This document shows positions 1 through 30,191 of a stretch of DNA of 64,000 nt, in pieces. Positions within the stretch are counted from its first letter, which is position 1. Each line of letters starts with the position of its first letter. The stretch is from the human T2T-CHM13v2.0 reference genome, Homo sapiens. Location of the stretch: NCBI RefSeq assembly GCF_009914755.1, contig NC_060936.1, one strand, 5' to 3'. The position numbers were made by a program, and so were the translations under genes. The notes beneath the pieces were generated by a model. That model did not search any database. It was not told where the DNA came from and was given only the letters and a program-made list of their open reading frames with translations.

Positions 1-1169
1 CTCATGTTTTAGTTTTTTTGTAGCCTTTTCAAAAACCATTTTTTAAATTGCCTCTGAATTGTACATGAAGGAAATACATATGTGACTATAGGACTAATGT
101 TCAGGAGTTCTCCATCAATCACATATTCTCCATCAGTCACATATTCAAAGGAAGGAAAGAGGGAGAATTTTATTTACTTGTGGGTCCTTAGCCTGGGTTT
201 ATATAGATGGTTTTCACAGCATTTTTATGGTTTGACATTTATTTCAAAATTTTGCTAGAACTGTCATCTTCAGTTTCCTTTTCAAAGACCTACAATACAG
301 GGTGGTATATTTTCAAAAAAGCTCTGGTATACTTAAATTGCCTGCATCTGAGCCAGTAGTGAAATAATTGTCCATTGTGACTTCATGTTCTGCCCCATCA
401 ATCTAAGGATAACATCATCCCCTCAATTAAACAAAATAATGCATTAAGACCCACTATGGATTTTTTGACTTGCTTTTCAACATTTTCTTTGTTCCTACTA
501 TTTGTATTCTGCCAACGTACCTATTATTGGAAAAAAAAGTCATTGAAGCACTTTGTGTCAGTGCTGCATCTGGCTGCATATTAGCATGCGACCACTAGAG
601 GGCATGCTCCTCCTAGCAACTGAAATAGTTGTAGGAATTTGCTCAGACTCCTCGTGGCAGGGGAAGCATTTGTTTTTTATTTTTTATTTTCTTTTTCAAC
701 AATCTAAGATAGGACGAGAACAGGGGAAGCATTTAAAAAGAAAGAAATGAAGACTGGATGGGGGCATTTAGTCTGGTCTAAGCCTGTAACTGATCCAAAG
801 TTTGTTGAGAATGTAGAAAAATAGCTGTTTGGGCAGGCAGAAAATGAAGTACCAAATGATCCCTTCTTCATACTTTAATACTTTAATAAATACTTGAATG
901 GGGAATATACTTAATTTTAATGACACCCCCTCCTCCTAGCTCCACCCATAATAGAGGATTAATGGGCAGTAAAGAGTAGTGGTCAGGAACATGGATTTGG
1001 GAGAAGACAGACTACTTTGCTACAAAATTTGTCTCTGCCACTTACTGGCTTTTTGACCTTGGAAAAATTAGTTAAACTTTGTTTGCCTCAGTTTCCTCAT
1101 ATACGAAATTAAAATAGTACCTATGGAATATTGTGACTTTAAAACAAATTTTAAAATTAAATTGCTTAG

Positions 1170-1320
1170 CTGGCCATGGTGGCTCACTTCTGTAATGCCA
1201 GTGCTTTAGGAGCCTACGGTGGGAGAATCGCTTGAGCCCAGGATTTTGAGGTTACAGTGAGCTATGATGGTGCCACTGTACTCCAGCTTGGGGTGACAGA
1301 GTGAGACACTGTCTCTAAAA
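1170..1320 (+). mobile_element. Alu monomer (FLAM/AluJ-like) adjacent to a MIR
   Basis: Single Alu arm with short A tail. Confidence 0.75.
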
Positions 1321-2452
1321 AATATATAAAGTAATTGAAGTCCCTAGAACAGGGCCTGGAATATGGTAAGTGCCGTTTAAATATTTGTTGCTGGTACTAG
1401 TACTGCTTCTAATTCTGGCTCTCCAGGTGTGTAATGGGATGGTGTAAGGGCGAAATGACAGGAGTTCTTTTTTTATTGTCTTAGAAGTGAGGTAGATGCC
1501 CCAAGATTGGGGCAGGAAGTAGGAAGAGTCATCTGATAGAGGAGAAACGGGGAGTAAGGGATGACAGGGAGACAGGCTTCTGAAACATATTTCAGACTGA
1601 TTCCATAGTAAGGATTTAAATTCTTATTCTGTCTTTGTAATCCTGCTCAACCCCTTTTATAGCTTTTATAGTATATACCTTTTCACATAAGTAAGAAACC
1701 CCAAACCAACTGTCTTCTTATCCTGTATTTTTTGAGCACCGATCATTTGCTAGGGGAAGTGCTTTATAAAGATTGTCTCACTCAATCTTCACACAAACCC
1801 CTGGGATTCTTACTTCTGGGATTTCTTAATTCTTACCCTCTGGGGTGAAATATGGTTATCCATATTTCACAGGCGAGGACACAGAGGCATAGAGAGGTTA
1901 AAAAAAACTTTACTAATTTGTACCTAAAGTGACAACATGCTAGTGTCAAAGATAATAATTAATGAATTGATTGTGGCCTACCTCTGTACCTTCATTTTAT
2001 AAAAAGGAAACCTCCATATTTGTGTTAATATTCCAGCCAGACCGATCTAATTATATGCTGCACTATTTCATACTACAGTGCCTTTACGTCCTTTGGTCTT
2101 TCTGCCTCAAATACTTTTTTCCCAAGTTCCTGTTCATCCACTACAGAACCTTTCCTCATAAGCTCAAGCAGAAACCATCTCTTCTTTCTCTTTTGTGCCA
2201 CCACTGCACAGTGTATAACGGGGTCTTGTGCTTCTCCCATTGTATTGAAATTATTTATTTACATGCTTCTCTATTAGACATCAGGTTTTTAAAGTAGGAA
2301 TCATGTCCCTTCCTTCCCCCATCCCCTAACTCCTAATACAGTGTTTGTCACATGATAAAGACATGATAAAGTATATGGAACAGTGTGAGTGCCCCCCTTG
2401 CTTGCCCTTTTCTCTCCTCAGTCCCTTCTGCAAAGTAAACCATTGTCAATAA

Positions 2453-3077
<625 letters not shown>

Positions 3078-3444
3078 TTCTAGACATTTTTTAAAGCATT
3101 CTCTCTCTGTGTGTATCTGCCTATGCAAAGATCCTTTAATAAAATAAAAATTACATGTAAATTGTTTATATTATTTTTTAAAAAATTAATAATGTTCTGA
3201 AGTTCTTTCTTTGCCTATGCATTTGTATTTGCTTATGTTTAGTTTATGTTTAGAGCTATTCAGGTTCTCTAAAGTATGGATGTACCGTAATATATTTAAC
3301 CACTGTCCTTGTTGATAGTAACATTTCTGACATTTTTGACACTAAATTTTACACTGAACATCTTTTACATATAATATATACTTAAATGAAAAATTTAAAG
3401 GATAGATTCCCCAGAAATGGACTTGGTGGGTGAAATGCGATTAA

Positions 3445-3912
<468 letters not shown>

Positions 3913-4559
3913 TCACTCAGGTAGTGAGCATAGTATCCAGTAATGTGTCAACCCTTGTCTCCCTTCCTCCCTCCCCCAACATTTAAAATTTTGATAGATT
4001 TATTTCTATATTATCTTCTGCCTAATTCATATACTTAATATAAATTCTGAGGCTGTTTGTTTCTCTATTTTGTCAACAGTTTATTTTTAAAATATTTAGT
4101 TAATATATTGGGTGAAAAATATATTCATTTCTCTTACTACAGTGAGATTGTGCTCTTTTCATATATTTATTTACTATCTTTTTTTTTCATGTGTTGTCAT
4201 GTGTTTAAGTTTTAGTTGTGAGTTTGTCTTTAGTGTGTTTTCCTTATGGGCAATCCTGTTCTACCTCAGTTGTGGGAGTATTTCTTTGGAGTGGTTTTGC
4301 ATTTGCCTTTTCTAAGTCCTCAGGGTTATTATCAGATTGAGACCTAATTTTAAGTTAAATTCCTGGCTCAGAGTCTCCTTTATATCCTAAGTCATATAAG
4401 TTTGTACTCCAAAATTACATATATCATAGATAATATAAGTTGGTACTCCAAACTTACATACACAGAGGCCTGGGATTTTCCCTTCCACTTTTTATCATGA
4501 ATATTTTCAAAAGAAGTTGAATGAATAATACAGTTAATAACCATATATCCATTGTCCAT

Positions 4560-4968
4560 TTTTTTTTATTTTATTATTATACTTTAAGTTTTAGGGTACA
4601 TGTGCACAACGTGCAGGTTTGTTACATATGTATACATGTGACATGTTGGTGTGCTGCACCCATTAACTCGTCATTTACATTAGGTATATCTCCTAATGCT
4701 ATCCCTCCCCCCTCCCCCCACCCCACAACAGTCCCCAGTGTGTGATGTTCCCCTTTCTGTGTCCATGTGTTATCATTGTTCAATTCCCACCTGTGAGTGA
4801 GAACATGCGGTGTTTGGTTTTTTGTCCTTGCGATAGTTTGCTGAGAATGATGGTTACCAGTTTCATCCATGTCCCTACAAAGGACATGAACTCATCATTT
4901 TTTATGGCTGCATAGTATTCCATGGTGTATATGTGCCACATTTTCTTAATCCAGTCTGTCGTTGTTGG
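4560..4968 (-). mobile_element. 5'-truncated L1PA (3' UTR only)
   Basis: L1PA 3' end with T-tail; 12-bp TSD TCCATTGTCCAT (4548-4559 / 4969-4980). Confidence 0.92.
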
Positions 4969-5299
4969 TCCATTGTCCATATTTAACAATTGTTGACATT
5001 TTGACAAATTTGGCTTTCTGCTTAGGTGATTGGTTTTTGTTTTAGTGTTGAGTTGTACAGTCTTTAAATTCAGAAAACGTTCTAGGGAGAAATTAGCAAT
5101 GTACTTGAAGTCTCCTTAAAGCTCTACCAAAAGCTCCAATGGCTTTTTTGTCCCTTAGCAGCAGCCATCTGCAGGTACAAAGACCAGATTCTCAGCCTCC
5201 TGCCCATGCTCAGAATTAGCAAACCTCAGAATAAAGCAGTTGTAGCAATCTGCTCACCTTTCAGATTTCTCTCTTCTTGGATCTTATTGTCATCTCACC

Positions 5300-6139
<840 letters not shown>

Positions 6140-7394
6140 AATTCCTTTATTTCTGATGGAACAAAATATTGTAGACTCACCTTGTACTTTCCTACGAATT
6201 TTTCTTTTTTCACCCAAAGCCCAGGGAGAGGTATTACTGCTGAACTCTTTCTAGTTTACCTTTTGCTTAATTTACAGTTTTGCAAAAATTATGAATTATA
6301 TGGAAGTCTCAATTCCAGCTCCCTGCTTAGTGCTTGTCCAAGGCTTTGTTTCCTCATTTTTTTGTGTATTTAAATCCAAACCCTTAGCCATTACTGCATC
6401 TAATGATTTTCTACTCCAGTTAGATGACTCTCAGCTCATGAAGGTTACCTCAAGTTGCATCTTTACCTGTTGTCCCATGTTGCTATATTCTGATTCACTG
6501 AGGACCCAATAGCATTTCTCAAGAATAGACCAATTACTCGCTGAGAGGGAATGATTTCCTCTGAACTATCCTACTGGCCTCCTTTGAATTCTCCTACCAA
6601 TCTCCAGGTTGGTTTGCTTTAGGCTCCAATCTGCATGGATTTGCCAAAGAGGGTTCAAGCACCGCTAGTTTATTAGGGCTAAGTGCAGACTGTCTGTCTA
6701 CCTGTGGCCTGGACCACCTGAACAGCCTTTTCAGTATGTCACCAAATCCTGGAAGCTTTTCGATTTTCTGGCAAATATGTTTGAACACCCAAATGTGAAA
6801 TATATTGCCTTAAAAATCCAAAGAGGCCTATGAATCCTGCCTTTCAAAATGGCACATTATTTGATATTTTGGAGGGGATATTTAAGTGCCCCAGACATCA
6901 ATCAGAATCAACTGAAGGGCTGGTTAAAACACCAATTTTTGGGCCCCATTCTCAAAATTATGGATTTAGTACATCTAAGGTGGAGCCTAAGAATATGCAT
7001 TTCTAACAAGTTCCCAGGTGATGTTGTTGGTTTAGGACCACACTGAGAACCACTGCCTGATAGACCAGGACTTCAATGGCATGAGGCTTACCAAGGCATC
7101 TAGGGTACTGTATTGTCCTGCTTTCCTTGTAGCATCTGTAGGATATCATCAATGGAGTGAACCAGCAGGATATCTTGTAAAACGGTGAGATGTTTAAGTT
7201 TTCTGCAGGGTAAATGGTAGGCCAGATTGAAAGAGTTATATAGATCTGAAGAGTTATATAGGTCTGAAGATGATGAAGGTATATTGTTTCTGCCAGGAGA
7301 AAAGCAATTTGATGATGATTTTTTTGCTTATTTATTAACTGGAAGAAATAATATCCACCAGATAATATACATATATGTCATATATATATATTTA

Positions 7395-7997
7395 ATTTTT
7401 TCTAGACAGAGTCTTGCCCTGTTGTCCAGGCTGGAGTGCAGTGACACGATCACAACTCACTGCAGCCTCAACCTCCTGGGCTCAAGTGATCCTCCCACCT
7501 CAGCCTCCTAAGAAGCTGGGACTATAGGTGTGTGCTACCATGCCTGGCTAATTTTTAATCTATATATATATTTTTTGAGACAGGGTCTCACTCTGTCACC
7601 CAGACTGGAGTGCAGGTGTGATCTCGGCTTACCACAACCTCTGCCTCCCAGGCTCAAGCGATTCTTCTGCCTCAGCCTCCCAAGTAGCTGGGATTACAGG
7701 TGTGCACCACTACTGCCTGGCTAATTTTTGTATTTTTAGTAGAGACAGGATTTCACCATGTTGGACAGGCTGGTCTTGAACTCCTGACCTCAAATGACCC
7801 ACCTGTCTTGGCCTCCCAGAGTGCTAGGATTACAGGTGTGAGCCACCGCACCCGGTCTAATTTTTATTTTTTATTTTTGTAGAAGTGGGGTTTCACTATG
7901 TTGCCCAGGCTGGTCTCAAAGATCTGGACTCAAGCGATCCTTCTGCCTTGGCTTCCCAAAGTGTGAGGATTTCAGGCGTGAGTCATCGTACCTGGCT
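7395..7997 (-). mobile_element. AluJ with an AluS nested in its central linker
   Basis: Right arm ~7400-7555, full Alu ~7570-7857, left arm ~7860-7997. Confidence 0.85.
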
Positions 7998-8827
7998 GTT
8001 AATAGGTATACATTAAGGGCCGAGTACTGTATTGACTTGCTCTAGACCTCGCATTTGGAAAGCAGCTAAAATTGGAGTCACCTCCTGATTAAATGTATGA
8101 TCATCTACTCCCATTGTTTATGACCCATCTGTATTGGCAAGATGAGTGATTTAAATCAAGAATATAATAGGAATTGCTTATGCTTCAGTTTTGAATCCTT
8201 TGCTAGTGGTACTAATCTTTGTGATTTCATTATAGATGCTTTACTGCTTTTGATTTTATTTTGCTAGGAAGGGGAAGTTCAGGAGCTTCAATTTGGTTTT
8301 CCATCATAATGGACCTTACTTCACAGGTCAGGGAGACAGTGTGGGGATTCTGGACAACAGGAATTTGGGAAATAACCGGAGGGTGACTTCAGGCTCTCAC
8401 TATACCTGCTGCTTTTGTGGGGATAGGAAACTTCTTGGACTTGGAGTGTTTGTGATGCTTTGGGCAATATATGGGTATCCTCCATATATTTCTTTATCAG
8501 TTCTTGAGATCACATTTTATCACAATCAAGCCTCTCGTTTTCACTTAGGAGACATAGCAAAGCTTGAATTCAACTGGATTTGCAATTTTTAACCATCGAG
8601 TCCAACTAAAACTTTGGCTTTTGGTCTCTTCAGCCTGCAGCTAGAAGCAATAAAGAATTCTTTTAATATAGTTATAGAAATTCTAGTTTTCAGTTTTTTC
8701 CTTGGGTCAAGAATTTAGGATATATTGAGTTTGTTACTCTCTTCCTTTGGGTTATCCAGTGCCATAAGAAGCAACTATTCTACTCTACACTTCTTAAATT
8801 CTTTCCCTTGGGGTTGCTTGGGCTCTT

Positions 8828-9134
8828 CTTTTTTTTTTGTTTTTGTTTTTTTTGAAGTGGAATCTCTCTGTCGCGCAGGCTGGAGTGCAGTGGCACGATC
8901 TCGGCTCACTGCAACCTCTGCCTCCTGGGTTCAAGTGATTCTCCTGCTTCAGCCTCTTGAGTAACTGGGATTACAGGTGCTCATCACCACACCTGGCTAA
9001 TTTTTGTATTTTTAGTAGAGATGGGATTTCACCAAGTTAGCCATGCTGGTCTCAAATTCCTGACCTCAGGTGATCCACCTGCCTTGGCCTCCCAAGGTGC
9101 TGGGATTACAGGTGTGAGCCACCGCACCCAGCCT
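8828..9134 (-). mobile_element. AluS
   Basis: Full Alu; TGCTTGGGCTCTT on both flanks. Confidence 0.9.
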
Positions 9135-9475
9135 GCTTGGGCTCTTAAAGGCTTGTCTCCAATGGGAACTTTTTTTTTAGGTGACAATGTGTTTCAATTT
9201 GCCTATTTTGTCATTGCATGGCAAGGACTACCAAGTCCCATCTGTTAATACTAGTCGTGCTTTCTCTTTTCTCAGCTTCAACCAGATTGGATAATAAATC
9301 TCAAGTTTCCTCTATTTCACTTCTATAGCTTTCAAGTATTTATGGTACAATTTCTGAAAGCAAATGCCTGGATTTGCAGCTGTTGTAGAATATGAAGAGC
9401 TCTGTTTCATAAAGTGGGAATATTCTTCAAACATAAGGAGAATTAGATGCCAAAAAGAATGACAACCATTACTTG

Positions 9476-9892
9476 CGTAAACCAAAAAGTGACTGAGGCA
9501 GGTCTCAATTGATTTACAGGTTTATTTTGCCAAGGTTGAGGGCATGCCCAGGAACAAAACACAAATCACAGGAGCATCTGTGATTGGTGCTTTTTCCAAA
9601 GAAGGTTTTGAGGACCTCAGTATTTTAAGGGAAAAGAGCAAGCAGGAGGGGAAGGAGGAAAGGGGAAAAAAAAAGGCAAGGGAGAGTAGACAAGGAGGCA
9701 AGTGGTTACTTTCTTGTGAGGCTCTGGTTAGCACTCAATGAATCTACATTTTACATGTGAAAAGTGGGGGTAAAAGAAAAGTCATTTATGCATTCATCTG
9801 GGAGTAGACAGAGGGATGATTTCTGGTCTTGTTCTTGTCTTCTACCTGTGAAGATAAGCTAATAATTTACATTGTCAGGTTGAGATTCAACA
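9476..9892 (-). mobile_element. ERV1 MER4-group solo LTR
   Basis: TAAACCAAAAAGTGACTGAGGCAGGTCTCAAT...GTTTATTTTGCCAAGG to GAGATTCAACA. Confidence 0.65.
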
Positions 9893-9937
9893 TACAATGG
9901 AATATTATTTGTCCATAAAAGAGAATGAATTACTGAT

Positions 9938-10690
9938 TGCTGTGGTTTAAATGTGTCCCTCTCTGTATTAGTCTATTCTTGCACTGCTATAAAAAAAAAA
10001 AACCTGAGACTAGGTAATTCATAAAGAAAAAGAGCTTTAATTGGCTTACAGTTCTGCAGGCTATACAGGAAGCATAGCAGCTTCTGCTTTTTGAGGACGC
10101 TTCAGGAAGCTTCCAATCATGGTGGAAGGCAAAGTGGGAGCAAGGCACTTCACACGACCAGAGCAGGAGGAAGAGAGAGAGGGGTGAGGTGCCACACACT
10201 TTTAAGCAACCAGATCTCACGAGAACTCACTATGGCGAGGACACTACCAAGGGGGAAATCTACCCCCATGATCCAGTCACCTCCTACCAGGCCCACCTCT
10301 AACACTGAGGATTATAATTTGATGTGAGATTTGGTGGGGACACAGATCCAAACCACATCATCATCCAAAACCCAGGTATTGCCAGTGTGATGATATTAAG
10401 AGGTGGGCCCTTTTAGAGGTGGTTAGGCCATGAGGGCTTTGTGGATGGAATTAAGGCTCCTATAAAAAAGGCATCATGCATTGCTGGTCTATCTCTTGCC
10501 CATCTGCCTTCTGCCATGTGAAGACATGGAGTTCCTCCCCTTAGAAGATACAATCATCACCAGATAACTGAATATGCTGGTGCCTTGATCTTGGGCTTCC
10601 CAACCTCCAGAACTGAGAAAATAAATTTCTCTTCTTTATAAATTACCCAGTCTCAGGTATTTTGTTGTTAACAACACTAATGGACTGAGA
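9938..10690. mobile_element. Nested MaLR LTRs (MST-like 9964-10360, minus, inside an older MST/MLT1 LTR, plus)
   Basis: TGTATTAGTC...CCAAACCACATCA termini; outer LTR resumes after the insert. Confidence 0.7.
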
Positions 10691-10801
10691 AACTGATATG
10701 AGCTATAACATGGATGAACCTCAAAAACACTAAGCTAATACCAGCTGAATTAGCTAACCTTGCTGCAAAAATGGTCTTAGTCTCATCTTTGGTGAAAATA
10801 A

Positions 10802-11116
<315 letters not shown>

Positions 11117-11324
11117 TGTGTCTTTTTATTATGAAAGAAATACATGCTTATAAAATATCAAACAGTAAAAAATCTTTAAAAATAAAAGTGCCCTATTTAC
11201 TCCATCCTTACTTCTAAATACTGAGATTAATTTCACAGTGAACAGAATGGTCACTTGCCATCATATCAATATAAATAGTCTAACGAATATCTTGTTTTCA
11301 TGAAATTAACAATACTGAGCTATT

Positions 11325-12075
11325 AAATTGACTTCTGATATCAACTACCTGGACTTAGGCCAAATTTCACAGGTTGAGGGCACGCCCTTCATAAGACTGC
11401 CATTACTTCAGATACCAGCCACAAGTTCAGGGGTTCCCAGGGGTGTCCTCACTCCTGATCAACTGACTACAAATTTGGGGTTTCCCATGATCCCTTCAGG
11501 TTTTATGATTTATTAGAATGACTCACTGAACTCAGGATAGTGCCATGCTTATGATTGCAGTTTTATTATAGCAAAAGGATACAAATCAGAACCAGCCAGA
11601 GGGAGAGATGCATGGGGTAAGGACTGAGAGGGTCCTAAATGGAAATTTCCATTGACCCCATTGATATATCACTTTCTTAGAACTTTAATGTGTGATAATA
11701 CACAGAGTATTGCCAACCAGGGGAGCTTCAGTGCCCAGAGTTTTTACTGGGGTCCATTATGTAGGCATGATTGATTGAACCATTGGTCACAAGTTGAACT
11801 CAGTCTCTAGCTTCCCTTCCCCACCTGGGCTGATATAACATGGCTCAGGGCTTCAATGCGCCAATCACATGACTGGTCTTTCCGGCATGGCCAGCCCCAC
11901 CCTGAATCACCTTCTTAGCATAAACTATCTTAGAGCCCATCATGAGAGACCTCATTAGCATGAGATATACGGGCCCACCATGAATAACAAAGACAATCCT
12001 ATTATTTGGAAAATTCCAAGGATTTAAAGGCTACCTCCAGGAAGTGGGAACAAAATCCAGGCAAATTCTTTATTA
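11325..12075 (-). mobile_element. MER21-like LTR
   Basis: Resemblance (ACTTCAGATACCAGCCACAAGTTCAGGGGTTCCC; GGAAAATTCCAAGGATTT). Confidence 0.55.
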
Positions 12076-13089
12076 CCTAGGTTAACTGCAACATGATGCA
12101 ATATTCAGAGAGTGAACGAACAAGTGAAGGCACACTGTCAGCCTCTCAGAGTTGTGGAACTTCCAGTCTTCCCTCATAATAGGTACCATACCACACATGA
12201 CATGCAATCAATACTAGTAAAGCTTATCTTCCTTAAAACTTTAAATAAATGTAAATAGATGTTTTAGTGTTTTTTCTCTGTGCCTTAGCAGATCCTCTTT
12301 TATACTGCCTAAGGTACTTGTGCCCCATTTTGGAGATCACTGCCCAAGAGATCTCTTGGATAAATAATTTAAAGGGATAAGGGGATAGATTCTATTATTG
12401 TTTCCAAATGTCTGTGTTCTCCTTTGTGAAAGGATTAAACTTTGATACCCTTGACATGTCTTTCTGTAGACAAAGTATATTTCCCTGTCTCACTTGCAGG
12501 TTTGTTCAGGTAACTTGCATTGGCCAACAGAATCAGAGCAAATACAACGTACACCTTATCTGAATAAAGGATGCTACTACATGGTTCAGCTTACAAGGAG
12601 CTATTCTGTGATCTCAGCTTCCAGAATGAGAAAACACTTGGAGAGGGGCCAAGCAGAGTTGCAGTCAACTCCAAGGTGGCCCTAAGCACAAGTGTAATGT
12701 AAGTGAGAAATACATGTTTGTTGTTGTAAGCCACTTGGATTTTGGGGTTGTTGGTGATACAGTGTAATCCAGTTATAATGTGACTTATTCCAGGGAGAGA
12801 GCTATAGTTTTAGGAATATGGTTTGCTTTCTAATTATGAGCTTAGATTGTAAAGACTCTGAGAATCAATGATTGTTATTTCAGGGAATATGTGTGCATGT
12901 ATACCTGTCTACGTGCATGTGCTGGTTAGGCCCAATCATTAATTTGTGGAGAACTTAAAATTCCCTTATCCTTCCCTTATGCTTTGTCATTCCCCTTTCC
13001 CTTTTCTTACTAAATAATTTGATTCTAAATAAAGCAGTAGCAAGATAGGTGTCTATGGTGAGGTGGCTGGGAGAGCAGCAGTGGCCTGG

Positions 13090-14190
13090 CACAGGGGGAG
13101 AGCTTTAGCAGGGTGAGAAGGGTGACTATGCAGGGTATTGGCTTGACAGTGGTTCTGGAGCCCAAGCAGAGTGAGAAGAACATCCCTTAGGGGTGGGAAA
13201 GTGTCCTGGCATGGGGAACCAGAGCGAGGAGATGTCCACTCCTGGCAATGGCCCAGTGCAGGGTGTCAGAGGATAAGATTGAGGAGGGTGTCCATAGTAG
13301 GGGTAGCCTGATGTGAGAGGTCAGAGTCTGAGAGGTAAAGAAGGCATCTATGTGGTGGGATAGTCAGGTGCAGTGAGTTGGAGTGCAAGCAGGGTGAGGA
13401 GGGCATCCATGTATGAGGTTACCTTCTATAGGGAGTCAGAGTCGCAAATGGCTGAGCAGAGTACTCTAGGGCCAGCCTGGTATGTATGTCAGCATGTGGG
13501 AGAGGTGAGGAGGGCACCCATGCCTAGTGTTGGCCCAGTTGGGGTTGGGACTCAGCACTTAAGCAGGATGAGGAGAGAGAGCATCCTTGCAGAGGGTAGA
13601 CCTGGTGTGGTTTCAGAGACCAAGCATGATAAGGAGGGTGTCCATGTGGTGGGGTAGCCCAGTGAGGGAACTCAGATCCTAAGTAGGGTAAGATGGACAT
13701 TATTGCTGGGGGATGGAGGACCTGCATGGAGTGTCAGAGCCCAAGCAGGATGAAGAAAGCTTCTATGCAGAGGGAGGACTTGGTGTGGGTTTCAGAAACT
13801 TAGCAGGATAAGGAGGTGGTCCATGTGGTAGGATAGCCCGGTGAGGAAATCAGACCCCTCCAGGGTGAGGAGGGCTTCCACCCATAGGGTGACCTTGTGT
13901 GGAGCATTAGAACCTAAGGGGGTCTAAGTGGTGACTAGGGGACCAGCATCAGGAATCAGAGTGCAAGCAGAGTGAGGAGGGCTTTCCTGCAGAGGAATGG
14001 CCTAGCACAGGGAGTCAGAGCCTTGGCAGGGTGAGGGGGATGTTTGTTGGGGGATGTTCATGGGGGTGGGGAGTGGGCTGGCCCTTTGCCGGCACTCTCA
14101 GAGTGAGGAGGGAGGGCATCCGCGCAGGGGATGGTGGCTTGGACTGGGGAGTCAGAGCCCAACTAGGAAGAGAGGGACATCTTAGCAGGT
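13090..14190 (+). repeat. Degenerate G-rich tandem array, ~19 copies of ~58 bp
   Basis: Recurring core GTCAGAGCCCAAGCAGGGTGAGGAGGGCATCCAT; followed by an L1MC/MD-like 3' sequence (14200-14400). Confidence 0.8.
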
Positions 14191-15149
14191 GGGAGATTGA
14201 CGACATCCAGGAGATTGATCAAATAAGGAATAAGTGAAAGACAATGAAAGCAGGTTTCTTAGTGTCACAGAAAGGAGTTAGGAATGTGGGAAGGGAGAAA
14301 ACTAGAATGAAACTTGTGGTGTTAGATTGGAATTAGAGGAATTAGTGTGAACTCATGGTGTTCAATATATTTAGATATAGAAATAATATAGAAATATAGA
14401 CGTGTGTGTTTGTGTGTGTGTGCATGCATGTATGCATGTGTGTTATGCAGGAGAAGGAATCAGCTGGGGGAGATTAAAAGGAGGATCATTTGCGGAGAGT
14501 TGAGGGCAGAGAATCCAGGTGTGAGCTGGGAGCATGTCTATGGAGAGATTCCACATGAAGGATTTAATATTTGGAGTGTTTTCTTCTAGGCCTTTGGAAA
14601 AAGTCATATTTAGTACTTTGTTTAAGTTTATCCCCTTCTATACTGTGATTCTATATAATTCTCCTAACTGTTAAAAAATAGTCATATATATTGGAGGTGA
14701 TGTGGCGATTAAAAGGTTAGGGAAGCATGGAATAAAGGCTGGCCTTCCCTCTCCTCCAACATCCAGTAAAGGGAGCTGCTTTCTGGAGATTCTAGCAAGA
14801 TGAATGCAGACTTTTGATAGAGTTAGTTACCAACAAGGAAACACAGAGAGCATGGAGGAACAGCTTCAGAAGACATGGGGTTTAAACTTTGCCATCCCCA
14901 CCATGCTACAGGAAACTAATTCGTGAAGGTGGGGAGGCTGATATGTGAGTTTTGTGTCAATGATACTCTTAGAATGTGGTACTAACAAGTTGCCTGATCA
15001 GTCAAAATTGATGAGATGAATGCAACATAAGTCTATGTTCAGGTTGTTTGGTCAAAAGTAATTACATTTGTGTGTGGAAGCACAGAAATTGTATTTTTTA
15101 CTGGTGAAAAACGCAGTTCTCCAGAAAGACTCTAAGTGCTTGGTTCTTC

Positions 15150-15300
15150 TTTTATTTTTCTTCCTCTTTCCGCAACCCTTTGAGTTCCCACTTTTATTGC
15201 ATTTGCTTGCATTTGTTTCAAGGCTGTGATTCTCACTATACTGGTCCTGAGGAAAGGGCTTCTGTGAACTGCGGTTTTTAGTTTTTATTGTGGTTCTTAG
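15150..15300 (+). promoter_or_regulatory. CLEC4A proximal promoter with myeloid-type motifs
   Basis: PU.1-like AAAGAGGAAG (minus, 15160-15169), C/EBP-like TTCCGCAA (15168-15175), RUNX TGCGGTT (15270) and TGTGGTT (15289), 180-310 nt upstream of the ATG. Confidence 0.55.
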
Positions 15301-15470
15301 TTCTCATGAGACCCCTCTTGAGGATATGTGCCTATCTGGTGCCTCTGCTCTCCACTAGTTGAGTGAAAGGAAGGAGGTAATTTACCACCATGTTTGGTTC
15401 CTGTTTATAAGATGTTTTAAGAAAGATTTGAAACAGATTTTCTGAAGAAAGCAGAAGCTCTCTTCCCATT

Positions 15471-29891
<14,421 letters not shown>

Positions 29892-30185
29892 ACTGAACAT
29901 TCTCCATGAACAGGTGGTTGGATTGGTATCTGTCATTGTAGGGATAGATAATAAGCTCTTCTTATTCATGTGTAAGGGAGGTCCATAGAATTTAGGTGGT
30001 CTGTCAACTATTCTACTTATGAGAGAATTGGTCTGTACATTGACTGATTCACTTTTTCATAAAGTGAGCATTTATTGAGCATTTTTTCATGTGCCAGAGC
30101 CTGTACTGGAGGCCCCCATTGTGCACACATGGAGAGAACATGAGTCTCTCTTAATTTTTATCTGGTTGCTAAAGAATTATTTACC

Positions 30186-30191
30186 AATAAA
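30186..30191 (+). terminator. CLEC4A polyadenylation signal
   Basis: AATAAA ~295 nt after the stop codon, followed by GT/T-rich sequence. Confidence 0.85.

Larger units (their letters stand above)
6200..9470 (-). mobile_element. Decayed class III (ERVL-like) provirus internal region, gag-pol, interrupted by Alus and MER5
   Basis: Minus-strand translations: gag-like LLLMALDNPKEESNKL (~8727-8774); RT-like NTDGS*TMGVDDHTFNQEVTPILAA (~8060-8135), FSWQKQYTF (~7275-7301), DILLVHSIDDIL (~7139-7174); integrase-like CQK...WSRPQVD (~6700-6775). Confidence 0.75.

Noticed and set aside
1-900. 3' UTR of an upstream gene (AATAAA at ~885)
   Set aside because: No coding exon is visible, and AATAAA is common in AT-rich DNA.
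13090-14190. CRISPR-like repeat-spacer array
   Set aside because: Primate DNA; repeats are highly degenerate, the 'spacers' resemble each other, and there are no cas genes.
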